A stretch of DNA of 64,000 nt from an uncultured Pseudomonadales bacterium (GTDB lineage Bacteria; Patescibacteriota; Microgenomatia; UBA1400; PJMF01). A program made the translations under genes and the position numbers. The stretch spans positions 23,978 through 87,977 of the forward strand of contig CAZOWX010000003.1 of the NCBI GenBank assembly GCA_964583795.1, written 5' to 3'. Under the pieces are notes generated by a model, which saw nothing but the letters and a program-made list of their open reading frames with translations, did no database searches and was not told the origin of the DNA. Of this stretch, positions 36,550 to 46,171 are shown in pieces; positions within the stretch are counted from its first letter, which is position 1, and the number at the start of each line of letters is the position of its first letter.

Positions 36550-37917
36550 TTACAGTTTTTTATTAAAGCGATCTTGAATAAGTTCAAATGTAGACTGGTT
36601 CTCTCCCTGTGGAACGACTTGTAAGTCGTGTCCAATAAAGTATGGTTCGCCATTCCATGAGAAAAAGACCCCTGTTGAATTTTGTTTTCTTCCTAGAGCT
36701 GTAACGACTTTATCAATAAGGGAAGTAAGATTTTTTTCCTCGCCTGTTTCTATAGGGTAGTTTCTCGATCCGATGGAGTTGTCCTCTTGTTCATAACGTA
36801 AAATTTCAGAAATTGGGGCTAAATCGATTTCTGAAGTTTGAGTCAGAGTTAGAACCTTTTGCCTCATCAAATTTATTAGTTGAGAAATTTCTGCTCTTCG
36901 AGTCGAAGCAATGTTTTTTAATACTGAAAGGTCAAGTACTCTTAATCCCTTGGTATCAACTTTTCTGATTGGTGAAGAAACTGACAACATAATTCTTATT
37001 ATTTGCTCTCTTAGTTTTGCAAGACCAATTTTTACTGACTGAGTTGTTGTTTCATCCACTTCAAATAGTTCTGGGAAGTAATGTTGGATCATTACTACAC
37101 CTTCTGCAACCAATGGAGTAGCAAAAGAATTGCCGGAAAATGAGCCAAGACCTCTTTGTTTCCAACTACTTATAAATCGTACATCTGTGGAGTCTGGTCT
37201 ACAGTTTTTTTCTCTAAAGACATCACTAATTGCTTGTGCATTTGGGACTGCTGGGTGCACTATAGTTATTCCTGCCACTGAAATTGATTGATTTAAAAAA
37301 GCTGTATTCTCATTTAGCTCGTCTGGGCTTGTCTGATTCGTTGTAGACACTACGAAAATAAATCCGAACTCTCGTAATTTAGTAATAGCTTGTGTGTATT
37401 GCTTGATATAGTGATCATACATTTGTAAAAATCCGGCAAGGTCAACGCTCTCTCCCCATACTTTTATTGTACCTTGAGAGTCTTCGTGTCTATCCAAATA
37501 ACGATTAAACTCGGTTTCAAGTTGTGTCCTGGTAAAACGAAGGGGGTGAGTTGAAATAGAAATTACTCTCCCTAACTCGTGGCGATATTCAACCATTTGT
37601 TCAAATAAATTATTGAAGAGTCTAAATCCGTATAAAACGCCCTCGAGCGCATTTTTAGGAGTAACACCATCTGCTAGTTCTAAAAATCGAACATTGTTAG
37701 GATAAATACTCGTTGTACTCACTAAACTTTCAATTTCTGTGCCATGTGGATCAGAAGTCAAATTTACGCCAAAAAGGCCGTTACTCCAAATTAATGAATA
37801 TTTGTCGATTATAATAAGTTGGTGATCCCCAAAGTCTGTTTCTCGAAGAGAGTCTATTCCTGAAATTTGTCTAAGATATCCCAAAGCTTCAGTGATAAAA
37901 CGATCTTTTTCATTCAT
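36550..37917 (-). CDS. S8 (subtilisin)-like serine peptidase, cytoplasmic, with a ~200-aa C-terminal extension
   Basis: Asp, His and Ser triad candidates in S8 order: IIIDK, HGTEIESL and GNSFATPLVAEG (GTSxAxP-like). No signal peptide. Confidence 0.45.
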   Translation of the reverse strand: MNEKDRFITEALGYLRQISGIDSLRETDFGDHQLIIIDKYSLIWSNGLFGVNLTSDPHGTEIESLVSTTSIYPNNVRFLELADGVTPKNALEGVLYGFRLFNNLFEQMVEYRHELGRVISISTHPLRFTRTQLETEFNRYLDRHEDSQGTIKVWGESVDLAGFLQMYDHYIKQYTQAITKLREFGFIFVVSTTNQTSPDELNENTAFLNQSISVAGITIVHPAVPNAQAISDVFREKNCRPDSTDVRFISSWKQRGLGSFSGNSFATPLVAEGVVMIQHYFPELFEVDETTTQSVKIGLAKLREQIIRIMLSVSSPIRKVDTKGLRVLDLSVLKNIASTRRAEISQLINLMRQKVLTLTQTSEIDLAPISEILRYEQEDNSIGSRNYPIETGEEKNLTSLIDKVVTALGRKQNSTGVFFSWNGEPYFIGHDLQVVPQGENQSTFELIQDRFNKKL

Positions 37918-38019
37918 AGTATTATTATATAATTTATAACTAAAAAAACTGTGTCAACTTCTGGGTGAAAAATATAAAAAAATGTATCCTTTGGGTAATA
38001 ATAATTATTTTTTTGTTTC

Positions 38020-38751
38020 ATGAAAATTTTACTCAGCAGCATAATAACAACTACTGACGATGGCGTAGTTGGTAGTAAAGCAACTAATTTAGCCCAATTG
38101 AATGATTTTGGTTTTATTGTCCCGTCATTTTTCGTTATTGAATTAGATTTAGGTGAAAAAGTTTCTCAATATAAAGATGAAATTCTTAAGCAGTTTGACA
38201 CGCTTCGCAGTGATGAAGTATCGGTGCGTAGTAGCTCTAGCGTTGAGGACTCAAAAAATTATAGCTTTGCCGGATTGTTTGATACTTACCTACATGTAAC
38301 AAGAGACCAAGTAATAGAAAAAATCGAAGCCTGTTTTGCTGCGGTTCGCAATCAACGGGTGGAGGAGTACTGCAAAGTAAATGGTATTGATGCTGACCTA
38401 GTCAAGATGGCAGTTATTGTGCAGACCATGATAAGTGCAGAGTATAGCGGTGTGTGTTTTACCAAAAATCCAGTGACCAATAACGAGAGTGAAATTATGA
38501 TAGAGGTAGCACAGGGGGATGGAGAGAACGTGGTAGCAGGAATTGTGACTCCGGATAATTTTGTGATTCAAAAAAATGACCTCACTTTCACCAATGAAAG
38601 TGCCAACTTGCCAGAATCAAAAACAGTTGCACAGCAAGTTGCATCAATCGCGAAAGAAATCGAGCACAAGTTTGGCTATTTTGCCGATATCGAGTGGTGT
38701 TTTAAGGATGGAGTGGTGTTTGTCTTGCAGGTGCGGCCGATTACGAGTTAG
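38020..38751 (+). CDS. PEP-utilizing enzyme N-terminal ATP-grasp (PPDK_N) domain protein, stand-alone
   Basis: GSKATNLAQL, VRSSSSVEDSKNYSFAGLFDTYL and DIEWCFKDGVVFVLQVRPIT match the nucleotide-binding domain of PEP synthase and rifampin phosphotransferase. Confidence 0.8.
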   Translation: MKILLSSIITTTDDGVVGSKATNLAQLNDFGFIVPSFFVIELDLGEKVSQYKDEILKQFDTLRSDEVSVRSSSSVEDSKNYSFAGLFDTYLHVTRDQVIEKIEACFAAVRNQRVEEYCKVNGIDADLVKMAVIVQTMISAEYSGVCFTKNPVTNNESEIMIEVAQGDGENVVAGIVTPDNFVIQKNDLTFTNESANLPESKTVAQQVASIAKEIEHKFGYFADIEWCFKDGVVFVLQVRPITS

Positions 38752-39427
38752 TCGATTTGTTTGCTGGGTTGATGTACCATACTTCTCCATAAGTAGGATC
38801 ATCCCAAGCAAACTCAAGAATTTCAGCAATGGCTCCCAAAACTTCTTCATGACAAACCATTAAGAAAGGGAATGTGTCAGCCAACTGAAAAACAGTGAAA
38901 AGTGCTTGTCTGACTCTTTCTCGCACCATATCAGGACTTTCCTCGCCCTCGTAGAACTGCATTCCGGCCTTCGCTTTGCGTTTCCAAGCTCGAAACCAAT
39001 TCTCACCTTCTAACATGTTTGCTTCCCAGCGAGCGTATGAGTTTGGCATTGTATCCGTGGGACCAATGACTTTGACATCGCGCAAGTCGGGTACTACTTG
39101 TTGCTTGCAGTTGATACCTGCTTTTGTCAGAGTATCAATAACAATCTCAGTCGTTTGCAGACAACGGCGTTTTGGACTGGTAAAAACAGTAAAGGAAGTA
39201 ATGTTGTGCTCCCGAAGGTACTGCACAATTTCATCAGCTGCAGCGACAACGATTTGTTTGCCTTTTTCTGTTAGTGTCCCTTCAACATTGTCGCCGCCGC
39301 GATCTTCTTCCGGTGTATATGCTGCTTGGCCATGACGCATAGCAATGAATGGATTTGAGAGTTCTGCACGAGTACTTTGAAATATCCGGGAACTCATTGG
39401 TTTACCGATACGTTCTGCAAGTGACAT
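38741..39427 (-). CDS. Histidine phosphatase superfamily protein (phosphoglycerate-mutase-like)
   Basis: RHG catalytic motif (RHGQAAY) near the N-terminus. 228 aa. Confidence 0.7.
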   Translation of the reverse strand: MSLAERIGKPMSSRIFQSTRAELSNPFIAMRHGQAAYTPEEDRGGDNVEGTLTEKGKQIVVAAADEIVQYLREHNITSFTVFTSPKRRCLQTTEIVIDTLTKAGINCKQQVVPDLRDVKVIGPTDTMPNSYARWEANMLEGENWFRAWKRKAKAGMQFYEGEESPDMVRERVRQALFTVFQLADTFPFLMVCHEEVLGAIAEILEFAWDDPTYGEVWYINPANKSTNS

Positions 39428-39436
39428 AGGTTCCTT

Positions 39437-40471
39437 TTAAATGATTGTAACAGTGCCTTTTTCTCCGTCAATTTCCACTTCCTGACCATTTTTCAGGATT
39501 TCTGTGGCGCTGTGGGTGCCAACAACACAAGGAATTTTCATTTCACGCGCGATAATGGCAGCATGACTCAGGATCCCACCTTCGTCAGTAATAATACCTG
39601 AGGCTTTATGACACGCGATGGCAAGTTTGGGTTGGGTGCTTTCGCTGACTAATATGGCACCATGGGGCATTTTGGCCATGCACTCTTCTACATTTTGATT
39701 AGCAAGTGAGACGACATAGACTTTACCGCGAATGATGCCTTTACTGGCACCGAGTCCAGCTAATTGACTTACTATCTTTGAAGAGTTTGGCATGAGTTTC
39801 TGGAAGTTTTTTCGAGCTGTTTCACCATAAACGTACTGAAGTGAGCCGTCTGGATTTTTGGTGATTAGAAAATGGGATTTGCGCTCTACTAGTTGTGCTG
39901 AAGTGATTGGGGCAAGTGATAAGTGCAGGATTTCGTCAAAGTTTAAAAACTGGACATCACTTTTGGTGAGCTGATGTTGTTTGCCAATGAGTGTGGCAAC
40001 TTCATACAAATCTTCTGTTGCCAACACACACGTTTCAATAAATTGCAGGCGAAACTCTCCCACGATTTTGATGATTTTTTCATCTTTCATAGGGTGAAGT
40101 AGCGTCGTGTGAAACTCTTCAGTGGTAAAATACAGTCGGTAACTTTCAGCAAGGACAGTGCTTAGTCTGTCAAATAATGTGGATAATTGCCGCTCATTTT
40201 CATCCACTTTCTTCACTGATGCATGTAATTGTCGACCTTGCCCGGTGAGTTTTTTAGCACTCAAGAAAAGTTCAGCAATTTTTTCTTGATTCCTCAAATG
40301 GTGGAGACCTTTTTTGGCCAAGACTGGTAGCTCTTTTTGGGCGACAAACCCTTTGACTTTATGGTTTGTGTAGTAGACAAAAGATCGTGAACCACCCCAG
40401 TACGGTAGCCAAGTGCTGATCGAAAGGACTTTATCGAGTCCATCGGTGAAGATGTGTTGGTAGGAGGACAT
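39437..40471 (-). CDS. PEP-utilizing enzyme phosphohistidine (swivel) domain protein
   Basis: C-terminal GGILSHAAIIAREMKIPCVVG...EIDGEKGTVTI is the mobile His domain. The N-terminal ~230 aa resemble the central domain of the RPH/PpsA family. Confidence 0.75.
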   Translation of the reverse strand: MSSYQHIFTDGLDKVLSISTWLPYWGGSRSFVYYTNHKVKGFVAQKELPVLAKKGLHHLRNQEKIAELFLSAKKLTGQGRQLHASVKKVDENERQLSTLFDRLSTVLAESYRLYFTTEEFHTTLLHPMKDEKIIKIVGEFRLQFIETCVLATEDLYEVATLIGKQHQLTKSDVQFLNFDEILHLSLAPITSAQLVERKSHFLITKNPDGSLQYVYGETARKNFQKLMPNSSKIVSQLAGLGASKGIIRGKVYVVSLANQNVEECMAKMPHGAILVSESTQPKLAIACHKASGIITDEGGILSHAAIIAREMKIPCVVGTHSATEILKNGQEVEIDGEKGTVTII

Positions 40472-40518
40472 GATTGATAGTATATCGTATGTGGTATGGA
40501 GTATGTAGGGAGGAGAGA

Positions 40519-40578
40519 GTTAATAGTGGATAGTTGAACAGTTAATAGTTAGTTACAAGTTTAGAGTACAAGTTTTAG
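40519..40578 (+). repeat. GTTAATAGTGGAYAGT...TACAAG repeat family copy
   Basis: Upstream of the peroxiredoxin gene. Related to the copies at 15949 and 29120. Confidence 0.45.
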
Positions 40579-40688
40579 TTGGACTACGAATAATAAACTA
40601 TGGATAAGGTGATTGAATTGAGGAAGAGATGACCTGAGATTGATTCTGATAGCTTGTTGTTTATCCTGGTGTTAAAATTGGAATCACT

Positions 40689-41255
40689 ATGATCAAAATC
40701 AACGACACGCTTCCAGAAATTACGCTCGAAGCTTTTTACCAAGACAAATTTGAGAAAATTAATTTCGCTGACTATCGGGGTAAATGGTTAATTGTGTTAT
40801 TTTATCCGGCTGACTTTACTTTCATTTGCCCAACAGAGTTGGAAGAAGCAGCCAAAATGGAGAGCAAATTTAAAAATGAGGGAGCGCAACTGGTAAGTGT
40901 TAGTACTGATAGCGCGTATGTGCACAAGGCTTGGCATGATGAGTCGGCAGCAATTGGCAAAGTGAAATTTCCGATGTTGGCTGATCCTACGGGGAAAGTG
41001 AGCAGGATGTTTGGCTCATACATTGAGGACGAAGGGGTATCGCTTCGAACCACATTGATCATTAATCCCGATCAGAAACTCATTGCAATTGATATGCATG
41101 ATAACAGCATTGGTCGCTGTATTGATGAGATTTACCGCAAGTTCCAAGCGGCGAAGTTTGTCCATGACAATCACGGAGCGATAGTCTGTCCTGCAAGCTG
41201 GCGTCCAGGGGAGAAAACACTAAAACCTGGAATTGACCTAGTCGGAAAGATTTAA
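40689..41255 (+). CDS. 2-Cys peroxiredoxin (AhpC/Prx1 family)
   Basis: FYPADFTFICPTEL peroxidatic Cys motif and a resolving-Cys region. Confidence 0.9.
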   Translation: MIKINDTLPEITLEAFYQDKFEKINFADYRGKWLIVLFYPADFTFICPTELEEAAKMESKFKNEGAQLVSVSTDSAYVHKAWHDESAAIGKVKFPMLADPTGKVSRMFGSYIEDEGVSLRTTLIINPDQKLIAIDMHDNSIGRCIDEIYRKFQAAKFVHDNHGAIVCPASWRPGEKTLKPGIDLVGKI

Positions 41256-41280
41256 AATACTCCGATTTTGCTTGAGAGTT

Positions 41281-42033
41281 TTACTTCAAACTAAACTTCA
41301 TCATACTACCTCGATCAGTAACCAAGTAGATATATTGATTGTGGTCTTCGATGAATCCAACCAAGCAAGTTTCCATGGTAAGAGTGAACAATTTCCCTGA
41401 ATTATCTCGAGGATATGCGGTGAGGGTGGTGCGTTCTCTGTCTTCTCCCGAATCACACTCGCGATATGGTACAGGATTTGTCGCTTCCACCTTTTTTTGT
41501 TTTTTACTGTCAGTAAAAAAACGAGTTTGGATGACAAAAAGATGATCTGCTGAATTAATGACCTCTTCACCTTCAAGTGGGTGATAGTTTTCAAAATCCG
41601 TATTCACAGGAATTTCCCAATTGGTGCCGAAAGCATGCTTTTTTGAGGGGTTTGCTTTGTCAATAATCCAGTCAGTAGCTCCATCTTGTGTCCGTAAGGT
41701 TCCTGTTGCAGGGTCAATATAAACTCTTTTAGGTTTGTAGTAAGTAGAGAATTCTCCCCTGCCGCTATGTTCTTGGAGTTCAAAAACAATTTCGTTGTTT
41801 ATCACATCAAGATTGTTTACATCGACTTCCTTACCTCTGCGAATCTTTGGAGTATAGTATCCAATCAATTTTGGAGTAATCGCTCCTGGAGTGGTTGTGA
41901 GCTTGGGTTGTTGTGGAGTGTAGTATGTCCACGGGAGATACTCTTCACTTAAACCCCAAACAAAATAAGCAACCACAAGTGCGACACACGCTAAAGCAAG
42001 GTACTTAAAAAGTTTCTCAAAAAGTGGTTGCAT
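41281..42033 (-). CDS. hypothetical protein, N-terminal TM anchor
   Basis: 250 aa with no recognised motifs. Confidence 0.45.
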   Translation of the reverse strand: MQPLFEKLFKYLALACVALVVAYFVWGLSEEYLPWTYYTPQQPKLTTTPGAITPKLIGYYTPKIRRGKEVDVNNLDVINNEIVFELQEHSGRGEFSTYYKPKRVYIDPATGTLRTQDGATDWIIDKANPSKKHAFGTNWEIPVNTDFENYHPLEGEEVINSADHLFVIQTRFFTDSKKQKKVEATNPVPYRECDSGEDRERTTLTAYPRDNSGKLFTLTMETCLVGFIEDHNQYIYLVTDRGSMMKFSLK

Positions 42034-42171
42034 ACTGTCATTAAGTAAATCAGAAAGGGAGATAGTGTCAACAGGGGTCGAAGGGGGCGTTTAGCTGTAG
42101 TGACGCAATATGGATTGTTAGTGTATAGGTACATCTGATTGTAATTTTTTCTTGTAGTACAATAGCATGCA

Positions 42172-42633
42172 ATGATTGATATCAAGACAACGACCAGAAA
42201 ACAGGTTTTTCAAAAAATCGATGTAAATGGCGAAGAGGTAATGTCTTTTGACGATTTACCAGAAGATATTAAGCAAAAGCTGGATAAAAATGGGGATAAA
42301 CAAATCGATGTATTGCAACAGCTGGAAAATAACGAGTGGATACAACAGTTAGTATCAAGCAGTCTGGAAGTGAATGGAAAAAAGGTAGCAATCTGGGAAC
42401 ATGTGCCAAAAGCACTGCAACCATTAAAACAATTGACTGATCAGCTGCATGCAAATGACAATGAGCAGAGTGTAGAAATGAAGTTTGAACCGCTTGAGTC
42501 CACAAATTCTGAGAACAAGCCGATTCAAGTTTCTCATCCACTTGAAAGTCTTTGGACAAAGTTGATCGTGGCTTTCATTATTTTGGGAGTGTTCTTTTTT
42601 CTTTTTGCTAAAGACCTTCATGGGTGGAAGTAA
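42172..42633 (+). CDS. hypothetical protein, C-terminal TM anchor
   Basis: 153 aa. Confidence 0.4.
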   Translation: MIDIKTTTRKQVFQKIDVNGEEVMSFDDLPEDIKQKLDKNGDKQIDVLQQLENNEWIQQLVSSSLEVNGKKVAIWEHVPKALQPLKQLTDQLHANDNEQSVEMKFEPLESTNSENKPIQVSHPLESLWTKLIVAFIILGVFFFLFAKDLHGWK

Positions 42634-42656
42634 GAAATTCTGCTATAATCCACCTC

Positions 42657-43787
42657 ATGTCACTTTCTGTTGGTATTGTTGGTCTACCCAATGTTGGCAA
42701 GTCCACACTCTTTAACGCATTATTAAAGCGCCAGGTTGCGCTGGCGGCGAACTACCCGTTTGCCACCATTGATCCAAACACTGGTATTGTGCCGGTGCCA
42801 GATGATCGATTAGCAGTACTTGCCAAGATTGTTCAGACTTCAGTTTTGAAACCCGCAACAGTAGAGTTTGTGGATATTGCAGGTCTTGTCAAAGGGGCAA
42901 GTGAAGGAGCAGGACTGGGTAATCAATTTTTATCTCATATTCGTGAGACTGATTTGATTTGTCATGTCGTGCGAGGTTTTAGTGATAACGATGTCATCCG
43001 CGAGGGAAGTGTTGACCCAAAAACCGACAGAGAGACGATCGAAACTGAGTTATTACTTGCTGACTTATCCACTTTAGAAAAACAAAAAGCACCTAAAAGT
43101 GCAGTGACACCGGCTGAAAAAGAGCGTTGGAATATTATTTCTGAACTAAAAGCTGCCGCTGATACTGGATTGCGAAGTGAGGTGTTTAAGGTGAGTATAA
43201 AAAGTGAAGAACATGCCAAAGTCGCCAAAGAACTATCACTTTTATCAACAAAAGTGATGTTGTATGTGGTGAATGTGGATGAAGGGGAGGTAGGTGAAAG
43301 GTGTTCCCCCTCCGCTGAAAGCTCCGGAGGGACGCAGCAGTTGTCAGGTGTCAGGGAGATTGCCAATGAGTTGGGAGTAACTGAAAACCAAGTTGTAGTG
43401 ATTAGTGCGAAGATTGAGTCAGAGCTGTCTTCACTGTCTGAGGAAGACCAAAAGATGTACTTGAAAGATTTAGGATTAGAACAAAGCGGATTAGAACGAT
43501 TGATTCAGAAAGCGTATCAACTGTTAGGACTGCAAAGTTTCTTGACAGCCGGAGAGCTGGAAGTGCGGGCTTGGACCATCAAACATGGCACCAAAGCTCC
43601 TCAAGCAGCGGCTGTGATTCACACTGATTTTGAAAAACACTTTATCAAAGCCAATGTCGCTTCATACGATGATTTTGTGGAACTCAACGGGTGGAAAGGT
43701 GTCAGAGACGCTGGCAAGATGCGAATGGAAGGAAAAGAGTACGTCATGCAGGAAGGGGACGTGGTGGAGTTTATGATAGGGAAGTAG
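42657..43787 (+). CDS. ychF: Ribosome-binding ATPase YchF
   Basis: GIVGLPNVGKSTLFNAL and ANYPFATIDPN, plus a C-terminal TGS domain. Carries a ~20-aa in-frame insert encoded by a repeat. Start assigned at MSLSVGIVG. Confidence 0.9.
   Translation: MSLSVGIVGLPNVGKSTLFNALLKRQVALAANYPFATIDPNTGIVPVPDDRLAVLAKIVQTSVLKPATVEFVDIAGLVKGASEGAGLGNQFLSHIRETDLICHVVRGFSDNDVIREGSVDPKTDRETIETELLLADLSTLEKQKAPKSAVTPAEKERWNIISELKAAADTGLRSEVFKVSIKSEEHAKVAKELSLLSTKVMLYVVNVDEGEVGERCSPSAESSGGTQQLSGVREIANELGVTENQVVVISAKIESELSSLSEEDQKMYLKDLGLEQSGLERLIQKAYQLLGLQSFLTAGELEVRAWTIKHGTKAPQAAAVIHTDFEKHFIKANVASYDDFVELNGWKGVRDAGKMRMEGKEYVMQEGDVVEFMIGK
43299..43355 (+). repeat. Intergenic-type repeat inserted in frame in ychF (GTTCCCCCTCCGCTGAAAGCTCCGGAGGG...GTCAGGTGTCAGGG)
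   Basis: Matches the intergenic copy at 55005-55060 and the dnaX insert. Encodes ...GERCSPSAESSGGTQQLSGV... Confidence 0.55.
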
Positions 43788-43790
43788 ATA

Positions 43791-43831
43791 CAACGAATAG
43801 AAACGAATGAGAACGAATGGAAGCGAATGAT
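43791..43831 (+). repeat. ACGAATNGAA-type tandem repeat (4 units) directly after the ychF stop
   Basis: Direct reading. Related arrays at 44473 and 47299. Confidence 0.55.
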
Positions 43832-43885
43832 TGCGAGACTGTAAAGTGTGGGGTGTTAGATCAAACCGGAACAAGAAAAAAGGTG

Positions 43886-44155
43886 TTAGTATACTTGGTT
43901 ATGGGAACCTACGTCATAAAAACGGATGGTGTCATGCTCAATTCGATATATTACCCTGATGTCTCCCGTAACTGAAAACGAACGAAATGTTTTGAGTGAA
44001 CCAGTGAGTGGGTGATCTCTCAGTAGAGGATTAGGGTTATGTGGATTTTTCAAAAACGCTTGCAGCCTTTGTTCAAATTTTGCTTTCAAGTTCTTATAAG
44101 GGAAAACTCTTTGTTCTAAATGCTTCTGGAAATTTTTCTGATATTTAATCGTCAT
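43886..44155 (-). CDS. Type II toxin, RelE/YafQ family mRNA interferase
   Basis: ...RDHPLTGSLKTFRSFSVTGDIRVIYRIEHDTIRFYDVGSHNQVY matches the YafQ/RelE C-terminal fold motif. Confidence 0.75.
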   Translation of the reverse strand: MTIKYQKNFQKHLEQRVFPYKNLKAKFEQRLQAFLKNPHNPNPLLRDHPLTGSLKTFRSFSVTGDIRVIYRIEHDTIRFYDVGSHNQVY

Positions 44156-44429
44156 GAAGCCCTAACTGCTCAAAAAATTCTTGGGCAGAAGAAGCTGTGA
44201 AGACATTTTTATTATTATCAAAATCTTTATCCATCGCATTATATCTACGATCATTTTTTTCTGACAACTTGATCGTTTTTGACCAACCGATGGAAATGCG
44301 CTTGCTGGAGAGTTGAGTCAAAAAAACACGGACCGCTTCCTGAAGAGAAGAGAATCCCTGAGCCATAGCTGCCTGGGTCGCGGCTTGCTTTAAGTCACTA
44401 GTAATGGGTACCTGGAGTGTTGTTTTCAT
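44145..44429 (-). CDS. Antitoxin (DinJ/RelB-like) upstream of and overlapping the toxin gene
   Basis: 94 aa with a ribbon-helix-helix-like N-terminus. Overlaps the toxin gene by 11 nt. Confidence 0.55.
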   Translation of the reverse strand: MKTTLQVPITSDLKQAATQAAMAQGFSSLQEAVRVFLTQLSSKRISIGWSKTIKLSEKNDRRYNAMDKDFDNNKNVFTASSAQEFFEQLGLHDD

Positions 44430-44472
44430 AATATTATTATATTGTTTTGATATTATTTTGTCAAGGAGTTAG

Positions 44473-44516
44473 AGAGCGAATGGAAACGAATGAGAACGAA
44501 AAAGAACGAATGGAAG
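44473..44516 (+). repeat. ACGAATNGAA-type tandem repeat
   Basis: gagcgaatggaaacgaatgagaacgaaaaagaacgaatggaagg. Confidence 0.5.
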
Positions 44517-44520
44517 GTTT

Positions 44521-45423
44521 TTACAAGGCTAGTAACACAATCCCAATCACCACCAATCCAATTGGTACCATCCTTTCCCGAATTTTTTCCCGAAAAAACA
44601 ATTTTCCAAACACTGCGCTAAAGACGATGCTGCTGCGTTTGAGCGAGATAGTGATGACTGAAGAAGCGATGAGCCCCTGAGACAGATACTGGAAAAGAGA
44701 AGAGGTTCCCTCCAGAATTCCAACCGGTGCTAAAATTTTAATGTCACTCCCATTTTTGAGAATTCTCAGTTGGCTTTTGTTTTCCCTGATTAATAAAACA
44801 AAATAGAGAAGTGTTAGTAATGCATAGCTTATGCCGGTGTAAAACAGTGGATTGCTATCAGTGATCCCGATTTTATGGAGTGAGCCAGCAAAACCCCAGA
44901 GAATGGAAGTCATCAGCATGTAGCGAACTCCGATGTTTTGGTAAATTTGTTTGATCGGAGCCAAGAGTTCAACTTTTCCTTTTTGAATATTGAGCCAGTA
45001 GGCGCCGGTAATGATCAGCATAATTCCTAGCAGCGCCAACGATGAAACAGTTTGATGAAAAAACAGAAATGAGATGATCAGGACAAATACTGGGGTAAAT
45101 GCCAGCATTGGCAGTGATAGTGATAAATCAGTGAACTTGAGGGATTTGAGATAAAAAATATAGCCGTAGAAATCGAGAGCCGTGACAGCGGCGAAAATGA
45201 CGATCAATTCCAGAGAAATAAAATTAGGGATTGAGAATAAAGCCAGGGGAACCGTTACGACCGAGGCAAACAACATCCAGGTAAAAGTGATCAGGGTCTC
45301 TGAGTACGAAGAAGTATCTTTTTTAGCCAGCACATTTTTGATCGAGTCAAAAAAACCAGCGAGAAGACCAAAGAGAATGCCAATGGACCAATTATACTTG
45401 TCGTCAAAAGCATTGACGGACAT
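44521..45423 (-). CDS. EamA/DMT-superfamily transporter
   Basis: 10 TM helices with an internally duplicated EamA-like architecture. Confidence 0.75.
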   Translation of the reverse strand: MSVNAFDDKYNWSIGILFGLLAGFFDSIKNVLAKKDTSSYSETLITFTWMLFASVVTVPLALFSIPNFISLELIVIFAAVTALDFYGYIFYLKSLKFTDLSLSLPMLAFTPVFVLIISFLFFHQTVSSLALLGIMLIITGAYWLNIQKGKVELLAPIKQIYQNIGVRYMLMTSILWGFAGSLHKIGITDSNPLFYTGISYALLTLLYFVLLIRENKSQLRILKNGSDIKILAPVGILEGTSSLFQYLSQGLIASSVITISLKRSSIVFSAVFGKLFFREKIRERMVPIGLVVIGIVLLAL

Positions 45424-45464
45424 GTTTTTCTGTTATAACATAACGTTATAACGAAAGGTGTATC

Positions 45465-45776
45465 ATGTCAGGAAAACTCAAATACCAAAAAATCATCAAA
45501 GTTGGCAACAGTTTAGCCGTGACGCTGGACCGTGACTTTGTGACGCAAACTGGTGTGAAGCATGGCGATGAAGTAGCCGTGAACTATCAGGCTGACCAGA
45601 AGGTGGTCAGTTATGCTCCAGTAGAGCCGTCTGGTGCAATGGAAGTAGCTGAGTCGATGGAGAAGTACAACGCGAAGGCGAAAGTGGCTGCGGTAGTGAC
45701 GCCTGAGCTGGAAGAGTGGACAGAGAACTTTATCGAGGAAAATAAGCAAGCACTCAAAAAGTTGGCAAACCTATGA
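45465..45776 (+). CDS. AbrB/MazE-family antitoxin
   Basis: KVGNSLAVTLDRDFV swapped-hairpin motif. Overlaps the Doc gene by 4 nt. Confidence 0.65.
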   Translation: MSGKLKYQKIIKVGNSLAVTLDRDFVTQTGVKHGDEVAVNYQADQKVVSYAPVEPSGAMEVAESMEKYNAKAKVAAVVTPELEEWTENFIEENKQALKKLANL

Positions 45777-46171
45777 CGAATTTTCAAGCGCTTACCATTG
45801 AAGTTGTTCTTTTTATCCATGAGCATATTATTGCTAAGGCTGGAGGAAAACAAGGAATCAGAGATTTTGCCTTGCTTCATAGTGCTCTTGAACGATGCAA
45901 AGTCACTTTCGGTGGAGAGGATTTGTACCCCACACTACTTCAGAAAACTGCGGCGTTGTGGCACTCGATGACGATGAACCACCCTTTTTTGGATGGAAAC
46001 AAGCGGACGGCTTTTGCAACAGTTTCACGGTTTTTATATCTCAATGGTTATCAGATTACTGCCTCTCAAGACGAAATAGTGCGGATTTGTATCAGCGTCG
46101 ACAATGACGGGCTGAAGTTGAGTGAAATTGTGAGTTGGTTGGAAAAGAACACTAAAGACTATAGACTATAG
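45773..46171 (+). CDS. Fic/Doc-family toxin (Doc)
   Basis: HPFLDGNKRT matches the Doc signature Hx(F)x(D/N)GNKR. Confidence 0.85.
   Translation: MTNFQALTIEVVLFIHEHIIAKAGGKQGIRDFALLHSALERCKVTFGGEDLYPTLLQKTAALWHSMTMNHPFLDGNKRTAFATVSRFLYLNGYQITASQDEIVRICISVDNDGLKLSEIVSWLEKNTKDYRL

Noticed and set aside
44447-44680. ORF 44447-44680 (+).
   Set aside because: It lies over the ACGAATNGAA tandem array and the 3' end of the EamA gene on the opposite strand, so it is likely spurious.
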